DNA of 64,000 nucleotides from Escherichia coli (GTDB lineage Bacteria; Pseudomonadota; Gammaproteobacteria; Enterobacterales; Enterobacteriaceae): NCBI RefSeq assembly GCF_048403405.1, contig NZ_CP183129.1; one strand, 5' to 3'. Shown piece by piece: positions 19,285 to 33,723 of this stretch (position 1 is its first letter; each line of letters starts with the position of its first letter). The notes under the pieces were generated by a model. It saw only the letters and a program-made list of their open reading frames with translations, ran no database searches and was not told where the DNA came from. The position numbers and the translations under genes were made by a program.

Positions 19285-20514
19285 TTAGCTAAAGAACATT
19301 ACCGATACGCACAGGATACCCACGATCAGCGTAATCAGATTTCCGATGGAACGCCAGGGTTTAAGCGCCGGGATGAGATACGTTGACAGCGTAGGCATGA
19401 TGAAAAGTATCATGGCAATGAGCGGGCCGCTGATCGCGTAAATCATCGAAATCGCGTTCGGGTTAATGCAACAAACAATGAAGGTAATGAGCGATACCAA
19501 CATAATTGATAGTGCGCGGTTAAATGCACGACTTTTCTTTACACCAACCTGCTGTAGTGTTGTTTTGACGACCTCTGTGGCACCTTCAATAACGCCAAAG
19601 TACGTACCCAGGAATGATTTCGACATCGCAACTACTGCGACAATAATCCCGGAAATTGACAACCATGCTGGGGCGTTCGGCAGCATAGAAAGCGCCGATA
19701 AAATGGTAACCCCTTCTTCTTTAGCCGCTTCAATATACGAAGGTGGAATAGAAAGCAGGCAGCTAAAGACAAAGAACAGTACACTTATGCAGATGATGAG
19801 ATAAGCGACTTTCATAATTTTTTTGCATTTATCCATAGCATGTTCGCCATATTTTTCACGTCTGTCTATGGCAAACGTAGAAATAATGGGCGTATGGCTA
19901 AAGGCGAAAACCATCACGGGAATCGATATCCATATCTGGTGAAGGGTATTCTGATTGAACTCTACCTGGGTAGTTAATAGTTCAGGTTGCCAACTACCGA
20001 CCAGGTAAATAGAAAGAAATAAGAAATAGGCAATCAATGGGAATACCAAAAATCCCATTACCCGAATAGTGGCATGGCGTCCCATCAGAAAAATGAGATT
20101 CAGGATTAATACAACACCCAGACTCACCAACATACGGATGCGAAGATCAATAACCATATGCTTTGCCAGCTGTTCCGTAAGTGAGTTGGTAATTGCAACG
20201 GCATATATCAACACGACGACAAAAAAGGCGATGAAGTACAGCGTGGTAATCAGATTACCAATCTTCTTGCCATAGTAGTGTGTTACTGCGCCCGTTATCC
20301 CTTCACCTGCTGATGTTTTTGATGAGAGGATGAACTGGCATAAGGCTTTATGTGGCCAATATGTTAAAGGCCAGGCGACCAGAGCAGTAATAAACAGGAC
20401 CACAGCCCCTGCCGAACCTAACTGAATAGGAAGGAAGAGCGTGCCTGCACCAACGGCTGTGCCGTAGAGCGCGAAACTCCACAGAGTTTCTTCTTTTGAC
20501 CAAATATTAGACAT
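19285..20514 (-). CDS. yqeG: Putative amino-acid permease (HAAAP/SdaC-like, multi-TM)
   Basis: 409-aa polytopic membrane protein with about 11 hydrophobic segments. Confidence 0.8.
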   Translation of the reverse strand: MSNIWSKEETLWSFALYGTAVGAGTLFLPIQLGSAGAVVLFITALVAWPLTYWPHKALCQFILSSKTSAGEGITGAVTHYYGKKIGNLITTLYFIAFFVVVLIYAVAITNSLTEQLAKHMVIDLRIRMLVSLGVVLILNLIFLMGRHATIRVMGFLVFPLIAYFLFLSIYLVGSWQPELLTTQVEFNQNTLHQIWISIPVMVFAFSHTPIISTFAIDRREKYGEHAMDKCKKIMKVAYLIICISVLFFVFSCLLSIPPSYIEAAKEEGVTILSALSMLPNAPAWLSISGIIVAVVAMSKSFLGTYFGVIEGATEVVKTTLQQVGVKKSRAFNRALSIMLVSLITFIVCCINPNAISMIYAISGPLIAMILFIMPTLSTYLIPALKPWRSIGNLITLIVGILCVSVMFFS

Positions 20515-20767
20515 TATCTGAACGTATCATCTACAAATTAAACAAAATGGAGGGCAATTTACCATAAACCAGGTTAAGTATGGGAGATTAACGCCTTTCT
20601 ACCTCTCTATTGGTGGGTTAGTGGTTGCAAACCTTACGTGCCAGTTATGTCTCTGACTGCTGGTCAGGCGTATTTCCTTTGTGATAAAAATCACTTTTTT
20701 TAAACAATTAAGATAACTGTAATTAACAATCATTTACTATTGCACTGTTAATTGGTGCGAGGTTGTG

Positions 20768-21949
20768 ATGAAAGACGTTGTGATTGTCGGGGCGTTACGG
20801 ACACCTATCGGCTGCTTTCGTGGTGCGTTAGCGGGTCATTCCGCCGTGGAACTTGGCAGCCTGGTCGTGAAAGCGTTAATAGAACGTACCGGTGTTTCTG
20901 CATATGCGGTGGATGAAGTGATTCTTGGTCAGGTGTTGACTGCAGGGGCAGGGCAGAATCCGGCAAGGCAATCGGCTATTAAAGGTGGTCTTCCTAATAG
21001 CGTTTCTGCAATCACGATTAATGACGTTTGCGGTTCCGGGCTTAAAGCACTGCATCTGGCTACTCAGGCGATACAGTGTGGCGAGGCTGATATTGTCATC
21101 GCCGGTGGTCAGGAAAACATGAGTCGCGCACCACATGTTCTGACTGATAGCCGCACCGGTGCACAGCTTGGTAATAGCCAGTTGGTTGATAGTCTTGTGC
21201 ACGATGGGTTGTGGGATGCCTTCAATGATTATCATATTGGTGTCACCGCCGAAAATCTGGCTCGCGAATATGGCATCAGCCGTCAGTTGCAGGATGCTTA
21301 CGCACTTAGCTCGCAACAAAAAGCGCGAGCGGCGATTGACGCCGGACGATTTAAAGATGAGATCGTCCCGGTAATGACCCAAAGTAACGGTCAGACGTTG
21401 GTTGTAGATACCGATGAACAGCCACGCACTGACGCCAGTGCAGAAGGCTTAGCCCGTTTAAATCCTTCATTTGATAGTCTCGGCTCTGTGACAGCGGGTA
21501 ATGCATCATCCATAAACGATGGCGCAGCTGCAGTAATGATGATGAGCGAAGCCAAAGCACGAGCGTTGAATTTACCCGTGCTGGCCCGCATCCGCGCATT
21601 TGCCAGCGTTGGTGTAGATCCGGCATTGATGGGAATTGCGCCGGTGTATGCGACCCGCCGTTGCCTGGAGCGTGTTGGCTGGCAGTTGGCTGATGTCGAT
21701 CTTATCGAGGCTAATGAAGCGTTTGCTGCACAGGCGCTTTCGGTTGGCAAGATGCTTGAATGGGATGAGCGTCGGGTCAATGTCAATGGTGGCGCGATCG
21801 CACTCGGTCACCCAATAGGCGCTTCCGGTTGCCGAATCCTCGTTTCTCTGGTTCATGAAATGGTGAAACGTAATGCCCGCAAAGGACTGGCTACGCTTTG
21901 TATCGGCGGGGGCCAGGGCGTGGCATTGACCATTGAACGTGACGAATAG
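20768..21949 (+). CDS. yqeF: Acetyl-CoA C-acetyltransferase (thiolase II family)
   Basis: Thiolase N-terminus MKDVVIVGALRTPIG, active-site Cys region NDVCGSGLKA, C-terminal GGGQGVA motif; ATG at 20768. Confidence 0.9.
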   Translation: MKDVVIVGALRTPIGCFRGALAGHSAVELGSLVVKALIERTGVSAYAVDEVILGQVLTAGAGQNPARQSAIKGGLPNSVSAITINDVCGSGLKALHLATQAIQCGEADIVIAGGQENMSRAPHVLTDSRTGAQLGNSQLVDSLVHDGLWDAFNDYHIGVTAENLAREYGISRQLQDAYALSSQQKARAAIDAGRFKDEIVPVMTQSNGQTLVVDTDEQPRTDASAEGLARLNPSFDSLGSVTAGNASSINDGAAAVMMMSEAKARALNLPVLARIRAFASVGVDPALMGIAPVYATRRCLERVGWQLADVDLIEANEAFAAQALSVGKMLEWDERRVNVNGGAIALGHPIGASGCRILVSLVHEMVKRNARKGLATLCIGGGQGVALTIERDE

Positions 21950-22235
21950 CTCTGCATTTCCTCCTTACCGATAAATATCAGCCGTCATTAATCTGTTGAA
22001 TAATGGTGGCTGGCGAGTCGACATACATTTTCAGGGCTCCCTGATTTTCCCATTCTCATGACATATTCGTGATCGACACTGCACTTTTTTCAGTCCTTAA
22101 CTTAAAAATGAAACAATGTTTTATTTTTAATTGAAAACCCTATCCCGTGGGCATATCATCCCCTTATAGAGAAAACGAAACAGCGTTTCACTATCGTTTT
22201 CTATTTTCACGCTTCACTGATTATCGGAGGTTGAT

Positions 22236-23072
22236 GTGGACGTAAGACAGAGCATCCACAGTGCGCATGCAAAAACGCTGGATACCCAGGGGCTGCGCAA
22301 TGAATTTTTGGTTGAAAAGGTATTTGTCGCCGATGAGTACACCATGGTTTACAGCCACATTGACCGTATAATTGTTGGCGGCATTATGCCGGTAACTAAA
22401 ACGGTTTCCGTTGGCGGGGAAGTTGGTAAACAACTCGGCGTAAGCTATTTCCTGGAACGTCGCGAGTTAGGTGTTATCAATATTGGCGGTGCCGGTACGA
22501 TTACTGTCGATGGTCAATGCTATGAAATCGGTCACCGCGACGCCCTGTATGTTGGTAAAGGTGCAAAAGAAGTTGTCTTTGCCAGTATTGATACCGCCAC
22601 TCCGGCGAAGTTTTATTACAATTGCGCACCCGCGCATACGACGTATCCCACCAAAAAAGTCACACCGGACGAAGTATCTCCAGTCACGTTAGGCGATAAC
22701 CTCACCAGTAACCGTCGCACGATTAACAAATATTTTGTCCCGGATGTACTGGAAACCTGCCAATTGAGTATGGGGCTGACGGAGCTGGCTCCAGGTAACT
22801 TGTGGAACACCATGCCGTGTCACACCCACGAGCGCCGGATGGAAGTTTATTTCTATTTCAATATGGATGATGACGCCTGCGTTTTCCACATGATGGGGCA
22901 GCCGCAAGAAACGCGTCATATTGTGATGCATAACGAGCAGGCGGTGATCTCCCCGAGCTGGTCGATTCATTCCGGTGTCGGAACCAAAGCTTATACCTTT
23001 ATCTGGGGCATGGTCGGTGAAAACCAGGTCTTTGATGATATGGACCATGTGGTCGTTAAAGATTTGCGCTAG
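22236..23072 (+). CDS. kduI: 5-dehydro-4-deoxy-D-glucuronate isomerase
   Basis: 278 aa beginning [15 protein letters not shown] from GTG 22236 (GGAGG RBS upstream); cupin-type metal-binding His residues. Confidence 0.9.
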   Translation: MDVRQSIHSAHAKTLDTQGLRNEFLVEKVFVADEYTMVYSHIDRIIVGGIMPVTKTVSVGGEVGKQLGVSYFLERRELGVINIGGAGTITVDGQCYEIGHRDALYVGKGAKEVVFASIDTATPAKFYYNCAPAHTTYPTKKVTPDEVSPVTLGDNLTSNRRTINKYFVPDVLETCQLSMGLTELAPGNLWNTMPCHTHERRMEVYFYFNMDDDACVFHMMGQPQETRHIVMHNEQAVISPSWSIHSGVGTKAYTFIWGMVGENQVFDDMDHVVVKDLR

Positions 23073-23101
23073 TTGTGGGCATAAACGAATAAGGTATTGT
23101 T

Positions 23102-23863
23102 ATGATTTTAAGTGCATTTTCTCTCGAAGGTAAAGTTGCGGTCGTCACTGGTTGTGATACTGGACTGGGTCAGGGGATGGCGTTGGGGCTGGCGCAAGCG
23201 GGCTGTGACATTGTTGGCATTAACATCGTTGAACCGACTGAAACCATCAAGCAGGTCACGGCGCTGGGGCGTCGTTTTTTAAGCCTGACCGCCGATCTGC
23301 GAAAGATTGATGGTATTCCTGGACTGCTGGATCGCGCGGTAGCTGAGTTTGGTCATATTGATATCCTGGTGAATAACGCCGGATTGATTCGGCGCGAAGA
23401 TGCTCTCGAGTTCAGCGAAAAAGACTGGGACGATGTCATGAACCTGAATATCAAGAGCGTATTCTTCATGTCTCAGGCTGCGGCGAAACACTTTATCGCG
23501 CAAGGCAATGGCGGCAAGATTATCAATATCGCGTCAATGCTCTCCTTCCAGGGCGGGATCCGTGTGCCTTCTTATACCGCATCAAAAAGCGGCGTGATGG
23601 GCGTGACGCGATTGATGGCGAATGAATGGGCTAAACACAACATTAATGTTAATGCGATAGCTCCGGGTTACATGGCGACCAACAATACTCAACAACTGCG
23701 GGCAGATGAACAACGTAGCGCGGAAATTCTCGACCGCATTCCAGCTGGCCGTTGGGGACTGCCGAGTGACCTGATGGGGCCGGTGGTGTTCCTTGCCTCC
23801 AGCGCTTCAGATTATGTGAATGGTTATACCATTGCCGTGGATGGCGGTTGGCTGGCTCGTTAA
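23102..23863 (+). CDS. kduD: 2-dehydro-3-deoxy-D-gluconate 5-dehydrogenase (SDR family)
   Basis: 253 aa; SDR Rossmann motif TGCDTGLGQG and catalytic YTASK. Confidence 0.9.
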   Translation: MILSAFSLEGKVAVVTGCDTGLGQGMALGLAQAGCDIVGINIVEPTETIKQVTALGRRFLSLTADLRKIDGIPGLLDRAVAEFGHIDILVNNAGLIRREDALEFSEKDWDDVMNLNIKSVFFMSQAAAKHFIAQGNGGKIINIASMLSFQGGIRVPSYTASKSGVMGVTRLMANEWAKHNINVNAIAPGYMATNNTQQLRADEQRSAEILDRIPAGRWGLPSDLMGPVVFLASSASDYVNGYTIAVDGGWLAR

Positions 23864-23885
23864 TCCATTCTTCTTACTTTTATGA

Positions 23886-23909
23886 CCCTGCCGCATGGCA
23901 GGGTTTTTT
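23886..23909 (+). terminator. Intrinsic terminator after kduD
   Basis: Stem CCCTGCC / GGCAGGG with GCAT loop followed by TTTTTT. Confidence 0.65.
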
Positions 23910-23919
23910 ATACCTGTAG

Positions 23920-24170
23920 ATCATCATAATCCATATCATGGTTATGAAATAATCCATATCAATTATCAATTAATGAACTTTATGAATTTTATCTGCTTTA
24001 AAATTAGGTGGTTAATAATAATCTCAATTATTCAACTTAATTTGAAAATTGGAATATCCATCACATAACGACATGTCGTAGCAATTTAATCCATATTTAT
24101 GCTATTTCCGACCTGACACCTGTGTGAATTGTTCACGTATTTTTTCACTATGTCTTACTCTCTGCTGGCA
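23920..24170 (+). promoter_or_regulatory. araE control region with AraC half-site-like ATCCATA repeats
   Basis: Several ATCCATA/TCCATA motifs, including two direct copies of AATCCATATCA about 22 bp apart at ~23928-23960, upstream of araE; individual sites not resolved. Confidence 0.4.
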
Positions 24171-24177
24171 GGAAAAA

Positions 24178-25596
24178 ATGGTTACTATCAATACGGAATC
24201 TGCTTTAACGCCACGTCCTCTGCGGGATACGCGGCGTATGAATATGTTTGTTTCGGTAGCTGCTGCGGTCGCAGGATTGTTATTTGGTCTTGATATCGGC
24301 GTAATCGCCGGAGCGTTGCCGTTCATTACCGATCACTTTGTGCTGACCAGCCGTTTGCAGGAATGGGTGGTCAGTAGCATGATGCTCGGCGCGGCAATTG
24401 GTGCGCTGTTTAATGGTTGGCTGTCGTTCCGCCTGGGGCGTAAATACAGCCTGATGGCGGGGGCCATCCTGTTTGTGCTCGGCTCGATAGGGTCCGCTTT
24501 TGCGACCAGCGTAGAGATGTTAATCGCCGCTCGTGTGGTGCTGGGCATTGCTGTCGGGATCGCGTCTTACACCGCTCCTCTGTATCTTTCTGAAATGGCA
24601 AGTGAAAACGTTCGCGGTAAGATGATCAGCATGTACCAGTTGATGGTCACACTCGGCATCGTGCTGGCGTTTTTATCCGATACAGCGTTCAGTTATAGTG
24701 GTAACTGGCGCGCAATGTTGGGGGTTCTTGCTTTACCAGCAGTCCTGCTGATTATTCTGGTTGTCTTCCTGCCAAATAGCCCGCGCTGGCTGGCGGAAAA
24801 AGGGCGTCATATTGAGGCGGAAGAAGTGTTGCGTATGCTGCGCGATACGTCGGAAAAAGCGCGAGAAGAACTCAACGAAATTCGTGAAAGCCTGAAGTTA
24901 AAACAGGGCGGTTGGGCACTGTTTAAGATCAACCGTAACGTCCGTCGTGCTGTGTTTCTCGGTATGTTGTTGCAGGCGATGCAGCAGTTTACCGGTATGA
25001 ACATCATCATGTACTACGCGCCGCGTATCTTCAAAATGGCGGGCTTTACGACCACAGAACAACAGATGATTGCGACTCTGGTCGTGGGGCTTACCTTTAT
25101 GTTCGCCACCTTCATTGCGGTCTTTACGGTAGATAAAGCAGGGCGTAAACCGGCTCTGAAAATTGGTTTCAGCGTGATGGCGTTAGGCACTCTGGTGCTG
25201 GGCTATTGCCTGATGCAGTTTGATAACGGTACGGCTTCCAGTGGCTTGTCCTGGCTCTCTGTTGGTATGACGATGATGTGTATTGCCGGTTATGCGATGA
25301 GCGCCGCGCCAGTGGTGTGGATCCTGTGCTCTGAGATTCAGCCGCTGAAATGCCGCGATTTTGGCATCACCTGTTCGACGACGACAAACTGGGTGTCGAA
25401 TATGATTATCGGCGCGACCTTCCTGACACTGCTTGATAGCATTGGCGCTGCCGGTACGTTCTGGCTCTACACTGCGCTGAACATTGCGTTTGTGGGCATT
25501 ACTTTCTGGCTCATTCCGGAAACCAAAAATGTCACGCTGGAACATATCGAACGCAAACTGATGGCAGGCGAGAAGTTGAGAAATATCGGCGTCTGA
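24178..25596 (+). CDS. araE: Arabinose:proton symporter (MFS sugar porter)
   Basis: 472 aa from ATG 24178 ([13 protein letters not shown]...); 12 TM helices, sugar-porter motifs ([18 protein letters not shown]). The ORF-track start at 24124 is an upstream extension. Confidence 0.9.
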   Translation: MVTINTESALTPRPLRDTRRMNMFVSVAAAVAGLLFGLDIGVIAGALPFITDHFVLTSRLQEWVVSSMMLGAAIGALFNGWLSFRLGRKYSLMAGAILFVLGSIGSAFATSVEMLIAARVVLGIAVGIASYTAPLYLSEMASENVRGKMISMYQLMVTLGIVLAFLSDTAFSYSGNWRAMLGVLALPAVLLIILVVFLPNSPRWLAEKGRHIEAEEVLRMLRDTSEKAREELNEIRESLKLKQGGWALFKINRNVRRAVFLGMLLQAMQQFTGMNIIMYYAPRIFKMAGFTTTEQQMIATLVVGLTFMFATFIAVFTVDKAGRKPALKIGFSVMALGTLVLGYCLMQFDNGTASSGLSWLSVGMTMMCIAGYAMSAAPVVWILCSEIQPLKCRDFGITCSTTTNWVSNMIIGATFLTLLDSIGAAGTFWLYTALNIAFVGITFWLIPETKNVTLEHIERKLMAGEKLRNIGV

Positions 25597-25602
25597 TTTC
25601 AC

Positions 25603-25635
25603 GGGCCGGATGTGCTGTACATCCAGCCCTTTTTT
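25603..25635 (+). terminator. Intrinsic terminator after araE
   Basis: GC-rich imperfect hairpin GGGCCGGATGT...ACATCCAGCCC followed by TTTTTT. Confidence 0.5.
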
Positions 25636-25724
25636 CGTTAATAGAGATTGGGCACCTGGCCGTTGAGGCGTTTGTCTCGTTCCTTATTCAGCCTTGTTGC
25701 GGTAACACACATCAGGAGAGAGGA

Positions 25725-26417
25725 ATGAAAACAATTGGTTTGCTGGGAGGAATGAGCTGGGAATCCACCATTCCTTACTATCGTTTGATAAATGAAGGCA
25801 TTAAACAGCGGCTTGGTGGGCTTCACTCTGCGCAAGTGCTGCTACATAGCGTCGATTTTCATGAAATAGAAGAGTGCCAGCGTCGCGGTGAGTGGGACAA
25901 AACCGGGAATATTCTGGCTGAGGCGGCGCTTGGCTTACAGCGGGCGGGCGCAGAAGGTATTGTGTTATGTACCAATACGATGCACAAAGTGGCGGATGCC
26001 ATTGAGTCTCGTTGCTCTCTGCCTTTCTTACACATTGCGGATGCCACTGGACGTGCAATTATCCGGGCTGGAATGACTCGTGTGGCGCTGCTGGGTACGC
26101 GTTACACCATGGAACAGGATTTTTATCGCGGGCGGCTGACGGAACAATTTTCCATCAACTGTCTCATTCCTGAAGCGGATGAACGGGCGAAAATTAATCA
26201 GATTATTTTTGAAGAACTGTGTCTGGGGCAATTTACCGAAGCGTCACGCACTTATTATGCGCAAGTGATTGCTCGCCTTGCAGAACAGGGCGCACAGGGT
26301 GTCATTTTTGGCTGTACGGAAATTGGTTTACTGGTGCCAGAAGAGCGCAGTGTTCTGCCTGTGTTTGATACTGCGGCGATCCATGCCGAGGATGCTGTCG
26401 CTTTTATGCTGTCGTAG
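25725..26417 (+). CDS. ygeA: Asp/Glu/hydantoin-type amino-acid racemase family protein
   Basis: 230 aa; racemase family N-terminus ([15 protein letters not shown]) and second Cys/Thr motif ([12 protein letters not shown]); AGGAGAGAGGA RBS. Confidence 0.85.
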   Translation: MKTIGLLGGMSWESTIPYYRLINEGIKQRLGGLHSAQVLLHSVDFHEIEECQRRGEWDKTGNILAEAALGLQRAGAEGIVLCTNTMHKVADAIESRCSLPFLHIADATGRAIIRAGMTRVALLGTRYTMEQDFYRGRLTEQFSINCLIPEADERAKINQIIFEELCLGQFTEASRTYYAQVIARLAEQGAQGVIFGCTEIGLLVPEERSVLPVFDTAAIHAEDAVAFMLS

Positions 26418-27339
26418 CTGACGACAAAATAGCGTCAAGAGAAGTGACCAGTTTCGGTAATCCCGCTTGTAAATGCTCACTAAACGCCTGAACCAGCGCT
26501 GATGACGGGCGGTGCAGGGGGCGGATCAGGCTGACGGTGAACGGAACCGCAATACTGAACCGCCGTACCACTAAACCGCTTGCCGCATAATCCAGTGCGG
26601 TGAGCGGGTTAACCACCGAAACACCTACACCCGCCCGTACCATTGCGCAGACTGACGCGGCGCTGTGGGTTTCTACGATCATGCGTCGTTTAACCTGATT
26701 CTCAGTAAACAATTGATCCAGCAACTGGCGATAGCTGTCAGTACGGGAAAGGCTGATGTAGTTCTCACTGTGAAAATCTTCTGGCGTTAATATCTCTTTT
26801 GCCGCCAGCGGATGACCCGGAGGTAACACACACACTTCATCTAAAGAGAGTAATTCGGTACGTTCTGTTCCCGCAGGCGTATGGAGTGTCTCAGTGAGTC
26901 CTAAATCATGACGCTGGGCCGAGAGCCACTCTTCAAGTAGCGGTGATTCCTGGGGCACGATATTTAAGCTGACATCGGGATAACGTGCCAGAAAGGGTTG
27001 CAGGAGCTGCGGTAAAAAAGATTGCGAAAAGACCGGCAGGCAGGCAATAGACAGTTCTCCCTGGCGAAACTCGCGCAGACTTTCTGCGGCGCTGACAATG
27101 CGATCCAGTCCGTACCAGGATCGTTGCACTTCTTCAAACAGACGCAGTCCTTGCACGGTAGGATGCAATCGTCCACGTACGCGCTCAAACAATTTCAGCC
27201 CGATCACCTTCTCAAAGCGCGCCAGTTCGCGGCTGACGGTTGGCTGTGAGGTGTGTAGCAGGTGTGCTGCCTCAGTCAGGCTTCCGGCGGTCATTACCGC
27301 ATGAAAAATTTCAATATGACGTAAGTTAACGGCGGCCAT
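26404..27339 (-). CDS. lysR: LysR-type transcriptional activator of lysA
   Basis: 311 aa; N-terminal LysR HTH ([42 protein letters not shown]); divergent from lysA. Confidence 0.9.
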   Translation of the reverse strand: MAAVNLRHIEIFHAVMTAGSLTEAAHLLHTSQPTVSRELARFEKVIGLKLFERVRGRLHPTVQGLRLFEEVQRSWYGLDRIVSAAESLREFRQGELSIACLPVFSQSFLPQLLQPFLARYPDVSLNIVPQESPLLEEWLSAQRHDLGLTETLHTPAGTERTELLSLDEVCVLPPGHPLAAKEILTPEDFHSENYISLSRTDSYRQLLDQLFTENQVKRRMIVETHSAASVCAMVRAGVGVSVVNPLTALDYAASGLVVRRFSIAVPFTVSLIRPLHRPSSALVQAFSEHLQAGLPKLVTSLDAILSSATTA

Positions 27340-27460
27340 TAGCGCTCTCTCGCAATCCGGTAATCCATATCATTTTTGCATAGACTCGACATAAATCGAT
27401 ATTTTTTATTCTCCCTATGATGTGGCGTAATCATAAAAAAGCACTTATCTGGAGTTTGTT

Positions 27461-28723
27461 ATGCCACATTCACTGTTCAGCACTGATACCGATCTCACCG
27501 CCGAAAATCTGCTGCGTTTGCCCGCAGAATTTGGCTGCCCGGTGTGGGTCTACGATGCGCAAATTATTCGTCGGCAGATTGCAGCGCTGAAACAGTTTGA
27601 TGTGGTGCGCTTCGCACAGAAAGCCTGTTCCAATATTCATATTTTGCGCTTAATGCGTGAGCAGGGCGTGAAAGTGGATTCCGTCTCGTTAGGCGAAATA
27701 GAGCGTGCGTTGGCGGCGGGTTACAATCCGCAAACGCACCCCGATGATATTGTTTTTACGGCAGATGTTATCGATCAGGCGACGCTTGAACGCGTCAGTG
27801 AATTGCAAATTCCGGTGAATGCGGGTTCTGTTGATATGCTCGACCAACTGGGTCAGGTTTCGCCAGGGCATCGGGTATGGCTGCGTGTTAATCCGGGGTT
27901 TGGTCACGGGCATAGCCAAAAAACCAATACTGGTGGCGAAAACAGCAAGCACGGTATCTGGTACACCGATCTGCCCGCCGCACTGGACGTGATACAACGT
28001 CATCATCTACAGCTGGTCGGCATTCACATGCACATTGGTTCTGGCGTTGATTATGCCCATCTGGAACAGGTATGTGGTGCTATGGTGCGTCAGGTCCTCG
28101 AATTCGGTCAGGATTTACAGGCTATTTCTGCGGGCGGTGGGCTTTCTATTCCTTATCAACAGGGTGAAGAGGCGGTTGATACCGAACATTATTATGGTCT
28201 GTGGAATGCCGCGCGTGAGCAAATCGCCCGCCATTTGGGCCATCCTGTGAAACTGGAAATTGAACCGGGTCGCTTTCTGGTAGCGCAGGCTGGCGTATTA
28301 ATTACTCAAGTGCGGAGCGTCAAACAAATGGGTAGCCGCCACTTTGTGCTGGTTGATGCCGGGTTCAACGATCTGATGCGCCCGGCAATGTACGGTAGTT
28401 ACCACCATATCAGTGCCCTGGCAGCTGATGGTCGTTCTCTGGAACACGCACCAACGGTGGAAACCGTCGTCGCCGGGCCATTATGTGAATCGGGCGATGT
28501 CTTTACCCAGCAGGAAGGGGGAAATGTTGAAACCCGCGCCTTGCCGGAAGTGAAGGCAGGGGATTATCTGGTACTGCATGATACGGGGGCATATGGCGCG
28601 TCAATGTCATCCAACTACAATAGCCGTCCGCTGTTACCAGAAGTTCTGTTTGATAATGGTCAGGCGCGGTTGATTCGCCGTCGCCAGACCATCGAAGAAT
28701 TACTGGCGCTGGAATTGCTTTAA
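27461..28723 (+). CDS. lysA: Diaminopimelate decarboxylase
   Basis: 420 aa; PLP fold-III decarboxylase with PLP-binding Lys in the FAQKACSN motif and GGG/EPGR motifs. Confidence 0.9.
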   Translation: MPHSLFSTDTDLTAENLLRLPAEFGCPVWVYDAQIIRRQIAALKQFDVVRFAQKACSNIHILRLMREQGVKVDSVSLGEIERALAAGYNPQTHPDDIVFTADVIDQATLERVSELQIPVNAGSVDMLDQLGQVSPGHRVWLRVNPGFGHGHSQKTNTGGENSKHGIWYTDLPAALDVIQRHHLQLVGIHMHIGSGVDYAHLEQVCGAMVRQVLEFGQDLQAISAGGGLSIPYQQGEEAVDTEHYYGLWNAAREQIARHLGHPVKLEIEPGRFLVAQAGVLITQVRSVKQMGSRHFVLVDAGFNDLMRPAMYGSYHHISALAADGRSLEHAPTVETVVAGPLCESGDVFTQQEGGNVETRALPEVKAGDYLVLHDTGAYGASMSSNYNSRPLLPEVLFDNGQARLIRRRQTIEELLALELL

Positions 28724-28729
28724 CTGCGG

Positions 28730-29761
28730 TTAGTCGCTGGTTGCATGATGACTTGCCTCCAGCGACGGAGTTGACACTGAATGGCGACGTACCAGCGTCG
28801 GACTAAAGACATTAGTGATTTCCGGGAGAGGGCGATTATCCGCCAGCGCCAAAGCCAGTTCAGCAGCCTGCGTCGCCATCGTCACGATTGGGTAACGCAC
28901 GGTGGTCAGGCGCGGACGCACATAGCGTGACACCAGCACATCATCAAAGCCAATTAACGAAATCTCACCCGGTACATCAATACCATTATCATTGAGAACG
29001 CCCATCGCACCCGCCGCCATTGAATCGTTATAACAGGCTACCGCAGTGAAATTCCTTCCTCGTCCCAAAAGCTCGGTCATTGCCTGTTCGCCGCCGCTTT
29101 CGTCTGGTTCGCCAAATGTCACCAGCCGATCATTGGCCGGAATACCACTTTCAGCAAGGGCATCGTAATACCCTTGCAGACGATCTTCGGCGTCAGAAAT
29201 AGAGTGGTTAGAGCACAGATAACCAATGCGGGTATGACCTTGCTGAATTAAATGACGCGTTGCCAGCCAGGCACCGTAACGATCGTCCAGAGCAATACAA
29301 CGATTTTCAAAGCCAGGCAGGATACGGTTGATCAGCACCATACCGGGCATTTGTTTCATTAATGAGGCTAAATCGGCATCCGGGATCATTTTGGCATGGA
29401 CAACCAGCGCAGCACAGCGATGGCGGATCAGTTGCTCAATGGCCTGACGCTCTTTTTGTTCGTTGTGGTAACCGTTGCCAATCAATAAAAAATTACCAGT
29501 GTGATAAGCCACCTGTTCGACCGCTTTCACCATTGCACCGAAAAACGGATCGGAAACATCACCAACGACCAGACCGACCGTTTCAGTGGTCTGCTGCGCC
29601 AGCGCACGGGCGTTGGCGTTCGGGTGATAGCTAAGAGACTCCATTGCACTATGCACAGCAAGCCGTGAAGCTTCGCTGGCTTTGGGTGAATTATTAATGA
29701 CGCGGGAAACGGTGGCGACTGAAACGCCTGCCAGTCGGGCTACATCCTTTATGGTCGCCAT
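28730..29761 (-). CDS. galR: Galactose operon repressor (LacI family)
   Basis: 343 aa; N-terminal LacI HTH MATIKDVARLAGVSVATVSRVIN. Confidence 0.9.
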   Translation of the reverse strand: MATIKDVARLAGVSVATVSRVINNSPKASEASRLAVHSAMESLSYHPNANARALAQQTTETVGLVVGDVSDPFFGAMVKAVEQVAYHTGNFLLIGNGYHNEQKERQAIEQLIRHRCAALVVHAKMIPDADLASLMKQMPGMVLINRILPGFENRCIALDDRYGAWLATRHLIQQGHTRIGYLCSNHSISDAEDRLQGYYDALAESGIPANDRLVTFGEPDESGGEQAMTELLGRGRNFTAVACYNDSMAAGAMGVLNDNGIDVPGEISLIGFDDVLVSRYVRPRLTTVRYPIVTMATQAAELALALADNRPLPEITNVFSPTLVRRHSVSTPSLEASHHATSD

Positions 29762-29974
29762 GAAAATACCTTAGTGGGTAAACGCTTACATTCTTTCAGT
29801 GTTACGGAAAACGCCCGTTGGTTCAAGGGGGGGCGTGTTTTCATCCTGGGAATGTGAGCCAAACGCAAATAAGTAAGACAAAAAAAGAGATTGCAAACCT
29901 TTGGTTACACTTTGCGAAACGCTGTTGCGATTGACCGCTGGTGGCGTTTGGCTTCAGGTTGCTAAAGTGGTGAT

Positions 29975-30057
29975 CCCAGAGGTATTGATAGGTGAAGTCA
30001 ACTTCGGGTTGAGCACATGAATTACACCAGCCTGCGCAGATGCGCAGGTTTTTTTTT
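29975..30057 (+). ncRNA. omrA: OmrA small regulatory RNA
   Basis: Begins CCCAGAGGTATTGATAGGTGAAG and ends in the terminator hairpin CCTGCGCAGATGCGCAGG plus T9; located between galR and aas as expected for omrA/omrB; 5' end approximate. Confidence 0.8.
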
Positions 30058-30171
30058 GCCGGTCATCAATCTGTAACAGTAACCGACAATTTACACACCT
30101 CGTTGCATTTCCCTTCATTCCTTTGCGTTTTCTCACTGGCGAAGAGTCGTCGTGCAGACCACAATCAAGAT

Positions 30172-30259
30172 CCCAGAGGTATTGATTGGTGAGATTATTC
30201 GGTACGCTCTTCGTACCCTGTCTCTTGCACCAACCTGCGCGGATGCGCAGGTTTTTTTT
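30172..30259 (+). ncRNA. omrB: OmrB small regulatory RNA
   Basis: Second copy sharing the 5' CCCAGAGGTATTGAT and 3' CTGCGCGGATGCGCAGG-T8 terminator with a divergent middle; tandem with omrA. Confidence 0.8.
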
Positions 30260-30325
30260 CGCACCTAATTTACTGTCGCTCGCGTTCTTTATCTCGTGTA
30301 ATCTCCCTCCATTCGCTTTTACTGA

Positions 30326-33692
<3,367 letters not shown>

Positions 33693-33697
33693 TATTT

Positions 33698-33719
33698 AAC
33701 GCCGGTTTTAACCGGCGTT
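33698..33719. terminator. Bidirectional terminator between convergent lplT and tas
   Basis: Perfect 9-bp stem AACGCCGGT / ACCGGCGTT with TTTA loop between the two stop codons. Confidence 0.5.
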
Positions 33720-33723
33720 AATC

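Noticed and set aside
20876-21856. Multiple 60-170-aa minus-strand ORFs inside yqeF, and similar antisense ORFs inside araE, lysR, aas, recC, ptrA, recB, recD, argA and amiC
   Set aside because: They are fully embedded antisense to well-supported genes in GC-rich sequence, lack RBS context and have biased amino-acid composition; treated as spurious.
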